64,000 bases of DNA, taken from Macrostomum lignano. Taxonomy: Eukaryota. The first letter of the stretch is position 1, and every line of letters begins with the position of its first letter. Below the pieces are notes generated by a model. The model did not search any database and was not told the DNA's origin. It saw only the letters and a program-made list of their open reading frames with translations. The stretch is taken from positions 1 through 64,000 of the forward strand of contig NIVC01001690.1 of NCBI GenBank assembly GCA_002269645.1, given 5' to 3'. Positions 23,292-38,725 of the stretch are shown here, in pieces. The position numbers and the translations under genes were made by a program.

Positions 23292-25056
23292 GTGCGTTCA
23301 AAAAGTTCTTAGACACCCCTCATATCTCTGCATCTGTTCGACCGATTTTGATGAGAATTTATACAAACATAGGTCTATATTTGATGAATTCAGTGCTATA
23401 GAGTTTCAGCTTGGTCGTATAGACAGAACGAAAGCAATTGATCATTTACTGACGAACCTACGAAATTAGCAATACGATTTTTAAACAGCATCGGATCTGG
23501 ACCTCACTCAAAACTGGGGGGGGGGTTGTGAAATCGCAGCTTGTTTTTGGAGGAATAAAAGCTTTCGCTGAGTATTGATTAATCATTACTTTCAAGCTGC
23601 GAGGGTTTAGCCATAGACAAAAAACAGATAGAACGAAGCAGTAGGCAGCATTGACTGAGTGCGCAAAACGAACGTCAGATTGAAATGCTGAGATTCAGAA
23701 CCAACCTCGGACGGTTTAAGAATGGCTAGTGCATATGGCGATAAAGTTTCGCAGCGCCTGATCGTTTTTGCTTTTGCGGACGAAGGCATGTCCGTGAACA
23801 CTATCCACCAGAGATTAGTCAGCCGTTTTGGAGATGATGCCTGCTGTCGAGCAACCGTCGCGAACTGGGTCCGGAAGAGAAAGGACGGCGAAACGAGCGT
23901 GCAGGACAAGCCGCGCTCAGGCCGACCAGCTACTGCAGTCAACGACAGCAGTGCCATCCTGATTGAAGAGCTGGTTAGTGAAAACGGCCACATCACTATT
24001 GACGAGTTGGCCAATGCCGCCGAGATTTCGTGTGGCTCGGTCTTCCAAATTCTGCACGAGCATCTTGGTCTGTCAAAGCTGGTCTCTCGATGGGTGCCAA
24101 GACTGCTAACTGCCGAGCAGAAAAATCGCCGATACGAAGTCTGCTTGCAAGAAAGGGCGGCAATTTCAGCTCTGGGAGACGAGTTCAAAAGCAGATTTGT
24201 AACTCAAGATGAGTCCATGTTTGCCCTGTACGACCCACTCTCCCGGCGGGAGTCGAGGGCCTGGCTTCCGAGGGGCGGCGGCGGCGGTGACGTCGAAAGC
24301 GCAGGCACCTATCCCAAGAAGATCATGTTAAGTGTTTTTTGGGATGCGAGCGGGCCCCTCATGTTCACGTGGTACAGCCAGGGCCAGACACAGAACAGCG
24401 AGCGGTTTTGTGACGAGCTCACGAGGCTGAGACAGGAGCTACTGCAACGGCGTCGGATCGTGCGCAAAGGCATCCTGCTGCACTGCGACAATGCCCGGCC
24501 GCACTCGGCAGCCCTCACTCGCTCTCACATCGACAGCCTCAGATTCCAGCAGTGGCAGCATCCGCCCTACTCGCCTGATTTGGCACCGTTTGACTATGGC
24601 CTTTTTGGACACGTCAAGGCGCAGCTGAGAGGCAAGAGGTTCGCTAGCTTCCCCGAGCTGCAAACGGCTGTTGAGGGGCTCGTCAGAGCGACTCCTAGAG
24701 ACACGTGGTTAGGATGGATCGAAGAGCTGCCGATACGGTATGACAAGTGCATTCAATGGAACGGTGATTACTTCGAAGATTTTCATGATTGGTGATCTGA
24801 TTTTTGAAGTTTGGGAACTTGCCAACTTGAACCGTTTGGCCTTTAGCTTGTACGTTTTGTTATGTGCTTAAAATCGTATTGCTAATTCGTAGGTTTGTCA
24901 GTAAATGATCGATTGCCTTTGTTCTGTCTATACGACCAAGCTGAAACTCTAGCACTGAATTCATCAAATATAGACCTATGTTTGTATAAATTCTCATCAA
25001 AATCGGTCGAACAGATGCAGAGATATGAGGAGTGTCTAAGAACTTTTTGAACGCAC
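23292..25056 (+). mobile_element. Full-length mariner transposon with ~190-bp TIRs
   Basis: TIR GTGCGTTCAAAAAGTTCTTAGACAC... at both ends, TA flanks (23290-23291, 25057-25058), intact transposase ORF. Confidence 0.95.
23722..24795 (+). CDS. Mariner (DD34D) transposase, 357 aa
   Basis: HTH region, WVPRLL, QDES (D1), HCDNARPH (D2), YSPDLAPFDY (D3); 34 residues counted between D2 and D3. Confidence 0.95.
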   Translation: MASAYGDKVSQRLIVFAFADEGMSVNTIHQRLVSRFGDDACCRATVANWVRKRKDGETSVQDKPRSGRPATAVNDSSAILIEELVSENGHITIDELANAAEISCGSVFQILHEHLGLSKLVSRWVPRLLTAEQKNRRYEVCLQERAAISALGDEFKSRFVTQDESMFALYDPLSRRESRAWLPRGGGGGDVESAGTYPKKIMLSVFWDASGPLMFTWYSQGQTQNSERFCDELTRLRQELLQRRRIVRKGILLHCDNARPHSAALTRSHIDSLRFQQWQHPPYSPDLAPFDYGLFGHVKAQLRGKRFASFPELQTAVEGLVRATPRDTWLGWIEELPIRYDKCIQWNGDYFEDFHDW

Positions 25057-25136
25057 TAAGGTGTAAAAAGTAAAATCAAAAGTTTCAATATTTCATTTTA
25101 AATAAGAGAATCAAATCGCAATATTTTTAGAAAGCC

Positions 25137-26069
25137 ATGCGTCCTATATTGTCTTCATTAGTGCAATCGAAACGTCAGATTACCTATTCACTGATTGGGC
25201 TGATGGCCCTAGCAATCATCCTGATCGGTGCGCTCATGTTAAACCAGAATTTTTCGACTCTGTCTGTAAGTCGCGCAACGGGTAGCTCTCAAGCACCGCT
25301 AATCAGTGAGTCAAAAATCGTATCAAAGGATGTCAGCTTTCTATCCCTGATTGAAAGCTCCATGCACAACATGACCGCACGGCAGCTGGAGGATCTGTAT
25401 TACTTCATCATACAGCACAGACAGATCGAGTGTTTCAAGTGGCGTCGAATTGGTAAGGAGGTCGACGGAGGCTGGGACGTTTGCTTTACAGCGCCATTCG
25501 ACATTCGACGGGTCAGCGGGCGACCCTGCGTAGCATTCTCCTTCGGCATCAACGGCGTCTTCGAGTACGACGACGAACTAGCGGACGCCTACCACTGCCG
25601 GGTGTACATGTTCGATCCGAGCATGACCAAAGTCGAAGACCATCAGCGCAAGAAAACATCCTGGTTCTACAAACTCGGCCTTGGACCCAGCAACTCCGTG
25701 CAGAAGAAAACTGGTTGGACAATGCGAACGTTGTGTACCTTATTTAAACAGTTCGGCTTCGAGAACTCGCCGATTGACATACTTAAAGTGGACATCGAAC
25801 TGTGGGAATGGGACAGCTTTGACGCTGCACTGCGCGAGGGTTGCCTGTCCAGGGTGCGTCAGCTGCTGTTTGAGTCGCACACAGACGAGCTGGTGTACCA
25901 GCGACCGGACTACGGGAAGCTGGTTCGAGTGTGGCTCGGCCTGTTCAAGATTGGCTTCCGTACTTGGAAGTTCCACGAGAACCCCTATTCGATTTTCTTC
26001 AAATCCATAACTGGAGATCAAAGGGCCTGTTGCTATGAGCACTACTTGGTGAATGTTGCTCACATTTGA
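25137..26069 (+). CDS. METTL24-like (Methyltransf_22/FkbM-type) methyltransferase with N-terminal membrane anchor, intronless, 310 aa
   Basis: Hydrophobic ITYSLIGLMALAIILIGALML; RIGKEVDGGWDVC, FSFGINGVFEYD, VYMFDPS, IDILKVDIELWEW, VRQLLFESH motifs. Confidence 0.85.
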   Translation: MRPILSSLVQSKRQITYSLIGLMALAIILIGALMLNQNFSTLSVSRATGSSQAPLISESKIVSKDVSFLSLIESSMHNMTARQLEDLYYFIIQHRQIECFKWRRIGKEVDGGWDVCFTAPFDIRRVSGRPCVAFSFGINGVFEYDDELADAYHCRVYMFDPSMTKVEDHQRKKTSWFYKLGLGPSNSVQKKTGWTMRTLCTLFKQFGFENSPIDILKVDIELWEWDSFDAALREGCLSRVRQLLFESHTDELVYQRPDYGKLVRVWLGLFKIGFRTWKFHENPYSIFFKSITGDQRACCYEHYLVNVAHI

Positions 26070-26424
26070 GCTCTGGACTACTTTAGTTTTATTTAGACAT
26101 TCTATAACAGGTGTTTCTCAAATCTTACGCAATTAGAACTGCAATTGCTACTTACTAAGAAGTAGTAGTTACAGACATTTACCTCACCTGTAGGAGAAGT
26201 GATGATATCTAAAATATAGTTTTAAATGCTTCGACCTGGAGCCTCCACACCATTTCTGACTCTACTCTTATTAAAATATACGAAAATGCCACAATCCGAG
26301 CTACCTCAGCTTAAAATTGGAGATACAAGTTTCAAATTGTCCTGAACCCGATTGAAACATCTCAGAGGAACTGAATCATGGAAAACTAGAGTACTAGTAC
26401 GAACCACTAGAGCGTTTGGTGGTT

Positions 26425-27323
26425 GATTCACTCGTTGGAGGTTGATTCAAAGGTTGGGATTGATTCAAAGGTTGGAGGTTGATTCAAAGGTTGGAGGTTG
26501 ATTCAGTGGTTGGAGGTTGATTCAAAGGTTGGAGGTTTATTCAAAGGTGGGAGGTTGATTCACTGGTTGGAGGTTGATTCAATGGTTGGAGGTTGATTCA
26601 ATGGTTGGGATTGATTCACTGGTTGGAGGTTGATTCAAAGGTTGGGATTGATTCAATGGTTGGAGGTTGATTCAAAGGTTGGGATTGATTCACTGGTTGG
26701 AGGTTGATTCAATGGTTGGGATTGATTCACTGGTTGGGGGTTGATTCAATGGTTGGGATTGATTCACTGGTTGGAGGTTGATTCACTGGTTAGTGGTTGA
26801 TTCAAAGGTTGGAGGTTGATTCAAAGGTTGGAGGTTGATACAAAGGTTGGAGGTTGATTCAAAGGCTGGAGGTTGATTCAAAGGTTGGAGGTTGATTCAA
26901 AGGTTGGAGGTTGATTCAAAGGTTGGAGGTTGATACAAAGGTTGGAGGTTGATTCAGTGGTTGGAGGCTGATTCAGTGGTTGGAGGCTGATTCAGTGGTT
27001 GGAGGTTGATTCAGTGGTTGGAGGCTGATTCAGTGGTTGGAGGTTGATTCAGTGGTTGGAGGCTGATTCAGTGGTTGGAGGTTGATTCAAAGGTTGGAGG
27101 CTGACTCAGTGGTTGGAGGTTGATTCAAAGGTTGGAGGTTGATTCAAAGGCTGGAGGTTGATTTAAAGGTTGGAGGTTGATTCAAAGGTTGGAGGTTGAT
27201 TCAAAGGCTGGAGGTTGATTTAAAGGTTGGAGGTTGATTCAAAGGTTGGAGGTTGATTCAAAGGTTGGAGGTTGATTCAAAGGTTTGAGGTTGATTCAAT
27301 GGTTGAGGTTGATACAAAGGTTG
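26425..27323. repeat. 19-bp minisatellite
   Basis: GGTTGGAGGTTGATTCAAA units. Confidence 0.95.
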
Positions 27324-27980
27324 ATCTATTTAAGTTGGTAAAAACGAACACATGTGTACAGCGGCCCTGACTTTCTCATCCCCAGGCATATAAATTCTCT
27401 GTGTCGTGGTAGGTTCTTTTATCTGGGCGAGGATTGCAGAAAAAGCCCTGACCAAATTTAATTTAATTCTATGATTCTGAACTTTGCGGCGCCGAGAGTC
27501 GGACCCCTAAAATGTTCTGTCAAATCGTCCTCTGAGAAGAGAAGAACTAATTAAAATACGAGCTACTACTGTATTAACACAACAATACATGTATGTACTT
27601 TTTCACATTTCTTGCTACCAGTCTGCTCTATTCGTCTAAATATAATCAAACAGACAGAAGGTTAAGCGAGTAGCATTCAAGGTCCAGTATGTGTTTTTGC
27701 ATTCAACTAACCAGTGAGTGACAACCTGTCCAAAGGCGCTGCACGTAGTTATTAGCAGAGCGCATAGGTAGGTACTCCCATGAGAACCACGCCAAACATT
27801 GAAGAGTTCTCAAGCAGTGAGAATTTGTCTATGCGATCTAGAATCAAAGGAACAGAAGAATTAAAATTTCTCAGCAAGTGGTTCAGTAAGAGCGTATAAA
27901 TATACCAAAGTAATGCGAGTATCATACTCGAGACAGACCTCAGCACTTTTAACTCCTTACCACTCGCAGATAAAATTATC

Positions 27981-30900
27981 ATGGCTGAAAACGTGGCCTT
28001 ATTTGGCAAATGGGAGAGTTATAGAAGCGAAAATACCAAGGCTGTGATGGAGAAAGCTGGTGAGACGTCACACGTTGCTCTGAACCTAATCTGGCTGACC
28101 TGCTGACATTCTTGTCTAACAAGAGACAAGTCAGGCTTATCCATCGTGTCTAACAGGTCTAACAGGACCTAACAATTGCGTCTAATACGTGTAACAGGAC
28201 CTAACAATTGCGTCTAACAGGTCTACAGGACCTAACCATCGTGTCTAACAGGTGTAACAGGACCTAACCATCGTGTCTAACAGGTCTAACAGGACCTAAC
28301 TATCCTGTCTAACAGGTCTAACAGGACCTAACGATTGCGTCTAACAGGTGTAACAGGACCTAACCATCGCGTCTAACAGGTCTAACAGGACCTAACAATC
28401 GTGTCTAACAGGTCTAACATGACCTAACAATCGTGTCTAACAGGTGTAACAGGACCTAACCATCGTGTCTAACAGGTCTAACAGGACCTAACAATTGCGT
28501 CTAATAGGTGTAACGGGACCTAACAATCGTGTCTAACAGGTCTAACAGGATCTAACAATTGCGTCTAATAGGTATAACAGTACCTAACGATTGCGTCTAA
28601 CAGGTCTAACAGGACCTAACAATCGTGTCTAACAGGTCTAACAGGACCTAACAATTGCGTCTAACAGGTGTAACAGGACCTAACCATCGTGTCTAACAGG
28701 TCTAACAGGACCTAATGATTGCGTCTAACAGGTGTAACAGGACCTAACCATCGTGTCTAACAGGTGTAACAGGACCTAACCATCGTGTCTAACAGGTGTA
28801 ACAGGACCTAACCATCGTGTCTAACAGGTCTAACAGGACCTAACAATCGTGTCTAACAGGTCTAACATGACCTAACAATCGTGTCTAACAGGTCTAACAG
28901 GACCTAACAATTGCGTCTAATAGGTGTAACAGGACCTAACAATCGTGTCTAACAGGTCTAACAGGACCTAACAATTGCGTCTAACAGGTCTAACAGGACC
29001 TAACGATTGCGTCTAACAGGTCTAACAGGACCTAAACATCGTGTCTAACAGGTCTAACAGGACCTAACCATCGTGTCTAACAGGTGTAACAGGACCTAAC
29101 CATCGTGTCTAACAGGTGTAACAGGACCCAATGATTGCGTCTAACAGGTCTAACAGGACCTAACAATCGTGTCTAACAGGTCTAACAGGACCTAACCATC
29201 GTGTCTAACAGGTCTAACAGGACCTACCCATCGTGTCTAACTGGTCTAACAGGACCTAACCATCGTGTCTAACAGGTCTAACAGGACCTAACCATCGTGT
29301 CTAGCAGGTCTAACAGGACCTAACAATCGTGTCTAACAGGTCTAACAGGACCTAACAATTGCGTCTAATAGGTGTAACGGGACCTAACAATCGTGTCTAA
29401 CAGGTCTAACAGGACCTAACAATTGCGTCTAACAGGTCTAACAGGACCTAACGATTGCGTCTAACAGGTCTAACAGGACCTAAACATCGTGTCTAACAGG
29501 TGTAACAGGACCTAACCATCGTGTCTAACAGATGTAACAGGACCTAACCATCGTGTCTAACAGGTGTAACAGGACCTAACCATCGTGTCTAACAGGTCTA
29601 ACAGGACCTAACAATTGCGTCTAATAGGTGTAACGGGACCTAACAATCGTGTCTAACAGGTCTAACAGGACCTAACAATTGCGTCTAACAGGTCTAACAG
29701 GACCTAACGATTGCGTCTAACAGGTGTAACAGGACCTAAACATCGTGTCTAACAGGTGTAACAGGACCTAACCATCGTGTCTAACAGATGTAACAGGACC
29801 TAACCATCGTGTCTAACAGGTGTAACAGGACCTAACCATCGTGTCTAACAGGTCTAACAGGACCTACCCATCGTGTCTAACTGGTCTAACAGGACCTAAC
29901 CATCGTGTCTAACAGGTCTAACAGGACCTACCCATCGTGTCTAACTGGTCTAACAGGACCTAACCATCGTGTCTAGCAGGTCTAACAGGACCTAACAATC
30001 GTGTCTAACAGGTCTAACAGGATCTAACAATTGCGTCTAATAGGTATAACAGTACCTAACGATTGCGTCTAACAGGTCTAACAGGACCTAACAATCGTGT
30101 CTAACAGGTCTAACAGGACCTAACAATTGCGTCTAACAGGTGTAACAGGACCTAACCATCGTGTCTAACAGGTCTAACAGGACCTAATGATTGCGTCTAA
30201 CAGGTGTAACAGGACCTAACCATCGTGTCTAACAGGTCTAACAGGACCTAATGATTGCGTCTAACAGGTGTAACAGGACCTAACCATCGTGTCTAACAGG
30301 TCTAACAGGACCTAATGATTGCGTCTAACAGGTGTAACAGGACCTAACCATCGTGTCTAACAGGTGTAACAGGACCTAACCATCGTGTCTAACAGGTGTA
30401 ACAGGACCTAACCATCGTGTCTAACAGGTCTAACAGGACCTAACCATCGTGTCTAACAGGTGTAACAGGACCTAACCATCCTGTCTAACAGGTCTAACAG
30501 GACCTAACGATTGCGTCTAACAGGTGTAACAGGACCTAACCATCCTGTCTAACAGGTTTAACAGGACCTAACAATCGTGTCTAACAGGTGTAACAGGACC
30601 TAACCATCGTGTCTAACAGGTCTAACAGGTCCTAACCATCGTGTCTAACAGGTCTAACAGGACCTAACCATCGTGTCTAACAGGTCTAACAGGACCTAAC
30701 CATCGTGTCTAACAGGTCTAACAGGACCTAATGATTGCGTCTAACAGGTGTAACAGGACCTAACAATCGTGTCTAACAGGTCTAACAGGACCTAACGATT
30801 GCGTCTAACAGGTGTAACAGGACCTAACCATCGTGTCTAACAGGTGTAACAGGACCTAATCATCCTGTCTAACAGGTCTAACAGGACCTAACCATCGTGT

Positions 30901-31697
30901 CTAACAGGTCTAAAAGGACCTAACAATCGTGTCTAACAGGTCTAACAGGACCTACATGTAAAAATCGTGTCCAACAGGTCTACCTGGTTCAGAAAAAATT
31001 CCAGCCAAGCTAACCTTCCACCCGCCACCAGGGGCTCCTTGGCTTGCCCAGAAGATGTCCGACAAGGCCAACCCCACCATGACCATCGAACGCATAGACG
31101 ACAAACGAATTCGCATAGCAACGAAGGTGATGCTTAGCAGCATGGAGCAGGAGCTCACCCTCGGTTCCATCTCGTCGATTCAAGCCGCCTCAGGGCAGCG
31201 AGCAGGACTGCATCGCCGAATGGGAGGACGGCAGGCTAGTGATCTACATCGCCAAGCCTGGCAGCGACCCCAAGTCTGGGGATACCAAACAGATTAGGGA
31301 GATTCTGGACAATGGGGAAATGCTAATGGTGAGGAGTTCCAGAGTCTGTTGCTGGGGTTGCGCTTGCATGCCTGAGGGAGGAGAGGGAAGGAGGGGGTGA
31401 TAGAGGGAGAAGAGACAAGAGGGAGGAGAGGGGGAAAGAGGGAGAGATGGGAGAGGCAGAGAGAGAAGGAGATAGGGAACAGAGGGACAAAGCACACAAG
31501 TTCACGATATATTCAGTGAATAGTATTGAAGTTGCTATGCCTAATAAGAGATTAGTCAAAACAATTCAGCATTAAAGGTGCTGGCAGTGCTAAAAATCCC
31601 GTAAACAACATTAAAAATATGCAGCGTGGCCCAAAATAACTTTCAGACGATGCAGTCAGGCGATGTGAAAGGTCAGCGCTGGTTCAAGAAGCACTAG
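27981..31697 (+). CDS. FABP: Fatty acid-binding protein (FABP/iLBP family), 3 exons, ~141 aa, one apparent +1 frameshift
   Basis: Exons 27981-28059 (LFGKWESYRSENTKAVMEKAG), 31032-31328 and 31647-31697 (TMQSGDVKGQRWFKKH*). Intron positions match conserved FABP introns 1 and 3. Removing one G at 31193-31195 restores SEQDCIAEWEDGRLVIY...TKQIREILDNGEMLM. Confidence 0.85.
28140..30953. repeat. 32-bp minisatellite, ~88 copies, filling FABP intron 1
   Basis: CTAACAGGTCTAACAGGACCTAACCATCGTGT units with variants. Confidence 0.95.
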
Positions 31698-33261
31698 CTA
31701 ATTGAATGGACATGGACTACAAAATTTGAAGCACCGGAATTGCCAGAGCCAAGAGCCTCGAATGTCTCGCAATTGGGCTAGTATGAGATATTAACCATTG
31801 AAATTATCGCACACGCTTGCTATCTTTAGCTACTTTTATTTGGTTACAGGACCTTCTTTATTTTCTGTAATATTTATTCATTAGTTTAAATAACATACTC
31901 ACGGGAAGAGCTCGCACTCAGAAAAACATGTGGTCTTCCTGCTGCCACCTTATCTACATGGCCTCATCAACTCCAGAAGGACCTCCAAGTACACTTCTTT
32001 TGCGTTAAAAGAATTGAAAGCAGACGTTACTTTCTGTAAGATTCAAGCATAAAAACTGGCAATACTTGTTTTTTTCCTATCCCGTCTGTGTATTTTTGCG
32101 TTTGATGGTCCCCCAATCGGGCCGTTTCATCCTTTGTGCTTGTGAAAAATATATTCAGAACGCCCTTTTGTCCTTTGTAGTGCGCACCAAGAAGTCTAGA
32201 CCGTCCAACCCTATTTTTAAATTCTGATAAGTGTTAGTCATTTAATTCAGTCTTCGATTATTTGTCCTACTAGCAATTGTACAATGACCTGCAACCAGCT
32301 CAATCTTACACGTGTAAGATCCACCACAACGATATTCACAGCAGAATGATGAGAATGATTATCACCGCGCACACTATCTTCCTCGACGACACCACTACTG
32401 CCGTCGTCTGTCTAGACTGCGCCTTCATGCCTGCTGGCACCGCCTCCAGGGCCCTCTTGCAGCACCTGCTATGGGCCCAGGAAGACAGTGCTCCGAATGA
32501 AGTCTACATGCCTAACGATAGATAAAGTTAGGGCCGCTGTAGCTCGTACACTCCTGTGTGTTTGTGCCTGTGTGTGCGCTTGTGCGCATGACTATTCGTA
32601 CGTTATCTGCGCATATGTGTGCCAAGGACTCCTTGATATGTGCCTGCTCAGAGTAGTCGACGTAATAAACAGAATTCCTCTCGCCGGATGCGTGACAATG
32701 TCGCTTAAAGTGCGCCTGGGTTCACTCAGCCCTCTGCTCCTTGTTGTGTGGTGATTAAAATATTCAATTTGTTAGACAGTACATGTATTGGAAACGTATA
32801 CATATATAATTTATTTTCTTAGCGTATTTTCTGTATACATTTTTATTGTCAGTAGAGTAGGAAATAAAAGTTCGGTATAATTTATGCTCGGTATTTTAAC
32901 ATAAATTTGTTCGTTTTATATACGGTACTTCGTGGCAATCCAGCCAAGTACATACATGTACAAATATAAATATATTGAACCAGTATATTGCTCACTTACC
33001 ATTTTCAACTGCAGTTGTAAAACACCAACATACGTAATTAAAGCAAAATTGTTTACCATTCCGATTAATCATGAGCAAAAATAGAATTGTTGTCAATTCT
33101 ATTTTTGGTCGTGATGATATTTGTCAATTCTATTCTTGGTCGTGATGATATGCTAAGCCAAGTACAAAGGCCGCAACTTTTCCTGAAAATGTGCTCAGTG
33201 ATCATAAATTCTGGCTGATAATTTACTTGTCCGTAAAAATCTCTCTTGACATTCATCTCGT

Positions 33262-34786
33262 ATGAACTCTGAATCCTGGGATCGTCAGCTGCTTCACGCA
33301 GCCGTTTCCGGAGACGTCAACGAGACTCGACGCCTGCTGCGCATCCCGGATCCCCCGTCGGTGACCGCCACGAAGTCGCCAAACTGTCGCAACGAGCGCG
33401 GCGAGACGCCTCTGTGGCTGGCTGCCAACGCGGGCGCATTGGACGTCGCTCGACGCTCGTCGAAGCCGGCGCAGACGTTGATTGTCGAAACGAGCGAGGG
33501 AGACGCCTCTATGGATTGCAGGCCAAAACGGTCAACTGAGCGTTGCCAGGCTGTTGCTAGGCTTAGGAACCGACGTTGACTGTCAGAGACGCAGCGGCGA
33601 GAGCGTCCTGTGGATCGCTGCTTGCAACGACCATCTCCGTCTGGTGGAGTTGCTTCTGCGGAATGGTGCTCGGCAAGACCTGCTCAACCAGGTGGGAATT
33701 TGCCCACTGTGGATCGCGGCCTGCAACTGCAACGCTGACATTGTCGACTCGCTGCTCCAGGCCGACAATGTCGACTGCCGGCGCAGCGGCGGAGAATCCG
33801 CGCTGTGGATCGCTAGCCAGTCGGATTGTCCAAGAGTTGTCCAAAAGTTGCTGACCGCCGGCGCAGAAGTTGACGCGACCAACTCCGAGGGACAGTCGGC
33901 TCTGTGGGCTGCTAGCCGTTTGGGGCACGCGAAAATTTCTGCGCAACTGCTCGCTGCAGGTGACATAGGCGATTAAATATGTACTTTTACTGTCCCAGCT
34001 TTTCCTTTTTAAATACACATCCATATCTTTCGTTGGGATCTGAAATCACCCCTTGCTCCACATATCCATATCTAAACTCACCAATGGTTCCACATCTGCA
34101 TTAGAAATCACCAATGGTTTAACATCCGCATTTACATCCACATTGGAAATCACTACTTGCTCCACATCCACATTTACATCCGCATCTGAAATCCCCACAG
34201 GGTTTCACATCCGCATCTGAAATCCCCATGCGTTTCACATCTTCATCTGACCACGGGTTTCACATCCGTATCTAAAATCACCACAAGGTCAGTACTACTG
34301 TACTGTATATCATGTAGAAGCATGTACGTGTTCAGAGGCTAATAGAAGAGGCAGCATGACTGCTTGCCTCCTGTCTGGCTGCAAGTCAACTGTCGCCTTG
34401 GACTCGCGGCAGTTCCCAAACCCCTCCAGCGACTTAAATATTAGAAGCAAAAGCATCACACATTTGACTTCAAAGGAGCCGATGTGAACTTGTCGAGCAA
34501 CTTCGGCGAGACACCGCTGTGGGTGGCAGCTCACAACGGACACGCTGACGCTGTAAAACTGTTGCTCAACTTTGGTGCTGCAGCCGGCAGTCGAGACAGA
34601 CGCTTGGCCAGCTCACCAGTGGAGAATGCAGCCCGAAACCGGCATCCAGAAGTCCTGCGACTGTTACTATCCAACGGCATTTGTGAATCGGACGTCTTAG
34701 GTCTCGACGACCCACTGATTGACCGAGAGTTTCTGACTACTGCCCTGGAGACACCGGAGAATAATCGGAATTACAAACAGCTGTAA
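33262..34786 (+). CDS. Ankyrin-repeat exons (~8 repeats), two apparent -1 frameshifts; possibly the N-terminus of the cGLR
   Basis: Repeated GETPLWLAA / GESVLWIAA / GICPLWIAA / GESALWIAS / GQSALWAAS motifs; exons 33262-33959 and 34476-34782 (or stop at 34786); frame slips near 33455 and 33499. Confidence 0.85.
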
Positions 34787-35049
34787 GATTATTTTAGCAC
34801 CTGAGATCTTACTCGTTGTCAAATGGACTTATCTATTGAGCACTTACCTACATGTATAGGCACACGTCTTCGATCTCTAGGCGATCTCTTCTATCATCCT
34901 TAACCTGAGTCGTTTGGAATGGAGCCGAGAAATTTCAAGGAAAAAACTGATTTCACTACTCGTAATTTACAAATATATTCACTAGTGCCTTAACTCTGTC
35001 TTCATGCAATTTATATCGATGAAAGACCCCCTGCTAGCTGCTGCTTGAG

Positions 35050-37553
<2,504 letters not shown>

Positions 37554-37779
37554 GATTAAACAGTTAAAACACAGACAACTACTTTCAGTAGCTGGTTAGG
37601 ATATGATTAGTCATAACTTTTAAATACGATGTTCCAAGCATAATATAACTGCAGTTTTAAGTTGGATCTTTTGTTTCTCGTTAAATTTGATTAAATTTAT
37701 TAAATATGAATATCTACAAATACATTTTAAAGGTATAGCCGACTCAAACGTGTTACAGGCAGATAGACGGATACATTTA

Positions 37780-38580
37780 TGACCTGTTAGATACAGTTTG
37801 TCCTGTTAGACTAAGTCGATGACCTGTTAGACACTGTATGACCAGACTCAGGGTACAACCTTTTAGACACAGTCTAGGACCTGTTAGAGACAGTCTAGGA
37901 CCTGTTAGACACGGTTTAGGACCCGTTAGACACAGTTTAAGATCTGTTAGACACAGTCTAAGACCTGTTAGACACAGTCTAAGACCTGTTAGATACAGTC
38001 TAGGACCTTTTAGACACAGTCTAATGACCTGTTAGACACAGTTTAGGAACTGTTAGAAACTAAGACCTGTTAGACACAGTCTAAGACCTGTTAGACACAG
38101 TCTAATGACCAATTAGACACAGTTTAATGACCAGTTAGACACAGTCTAATGACCTGTTAGACACAGTCTAATGACCTGTTAGACACAGTCTAATGACCAA
38201 TTAGACACAGTCTAATGACCAATTAGACACAGTCTAATGACCTGTTAGACACAGTTTAATGACCAATTAGACACAGTCTAATGACCTGTTAGACACAGTC
38301 TAATGACCAATTAGACACAGTCTAATGACCTGCTAGACACAGTCTAATGACCTGTTAGACACAGTCTAATGACCAGTTAGACACAGTCTAATGACCAGTT
38401 AGACACAGTCTAATGACCAGTTAGACACAGTCTAATGACCAGTTAAACACAGTCAAAGACACGTTAGACACAGTCTAATGACCTGTTAGACACAGTCAAA
38501 GACACGTTAGACACAGTCTAATGACCTGTTAGACACAGTATAGGAACTGTTAGAAACTGTCTAAGACCAGTTAGACAAGA
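37780..38580. repeat. 22-bp minisatellite
   Basis: GACCTGTTAGACACAGTCTAAT units. Confidence 0.95.
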
Positions 38581-38725
38581 TATATAGCTTACTCCTGTTA
38601 GGTTCGACTCATCTATGGTTTTATTGAAACGTCTCTAGGTTGTAAGAAATATTTTTAATAATTTAGCTACAAGCAATAGAACAGCTCGGACCATTGGACA
38701 TCAACAGCAGTAAAAGTTGAAAGCA

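Noticed and set aside
27752-28009. 85-aa hydrophobic minus-strand ORF
   Set aside because: Overlaps FABP exon 1 and its upstream region on the opposite strand; no motif support
28140-30953. Regular arrays as possible CRISPR arrays (also 47085-48055, 56920-57678)
   Set aside because: No unique spacers, no cas genes, eukaryotic intronic context
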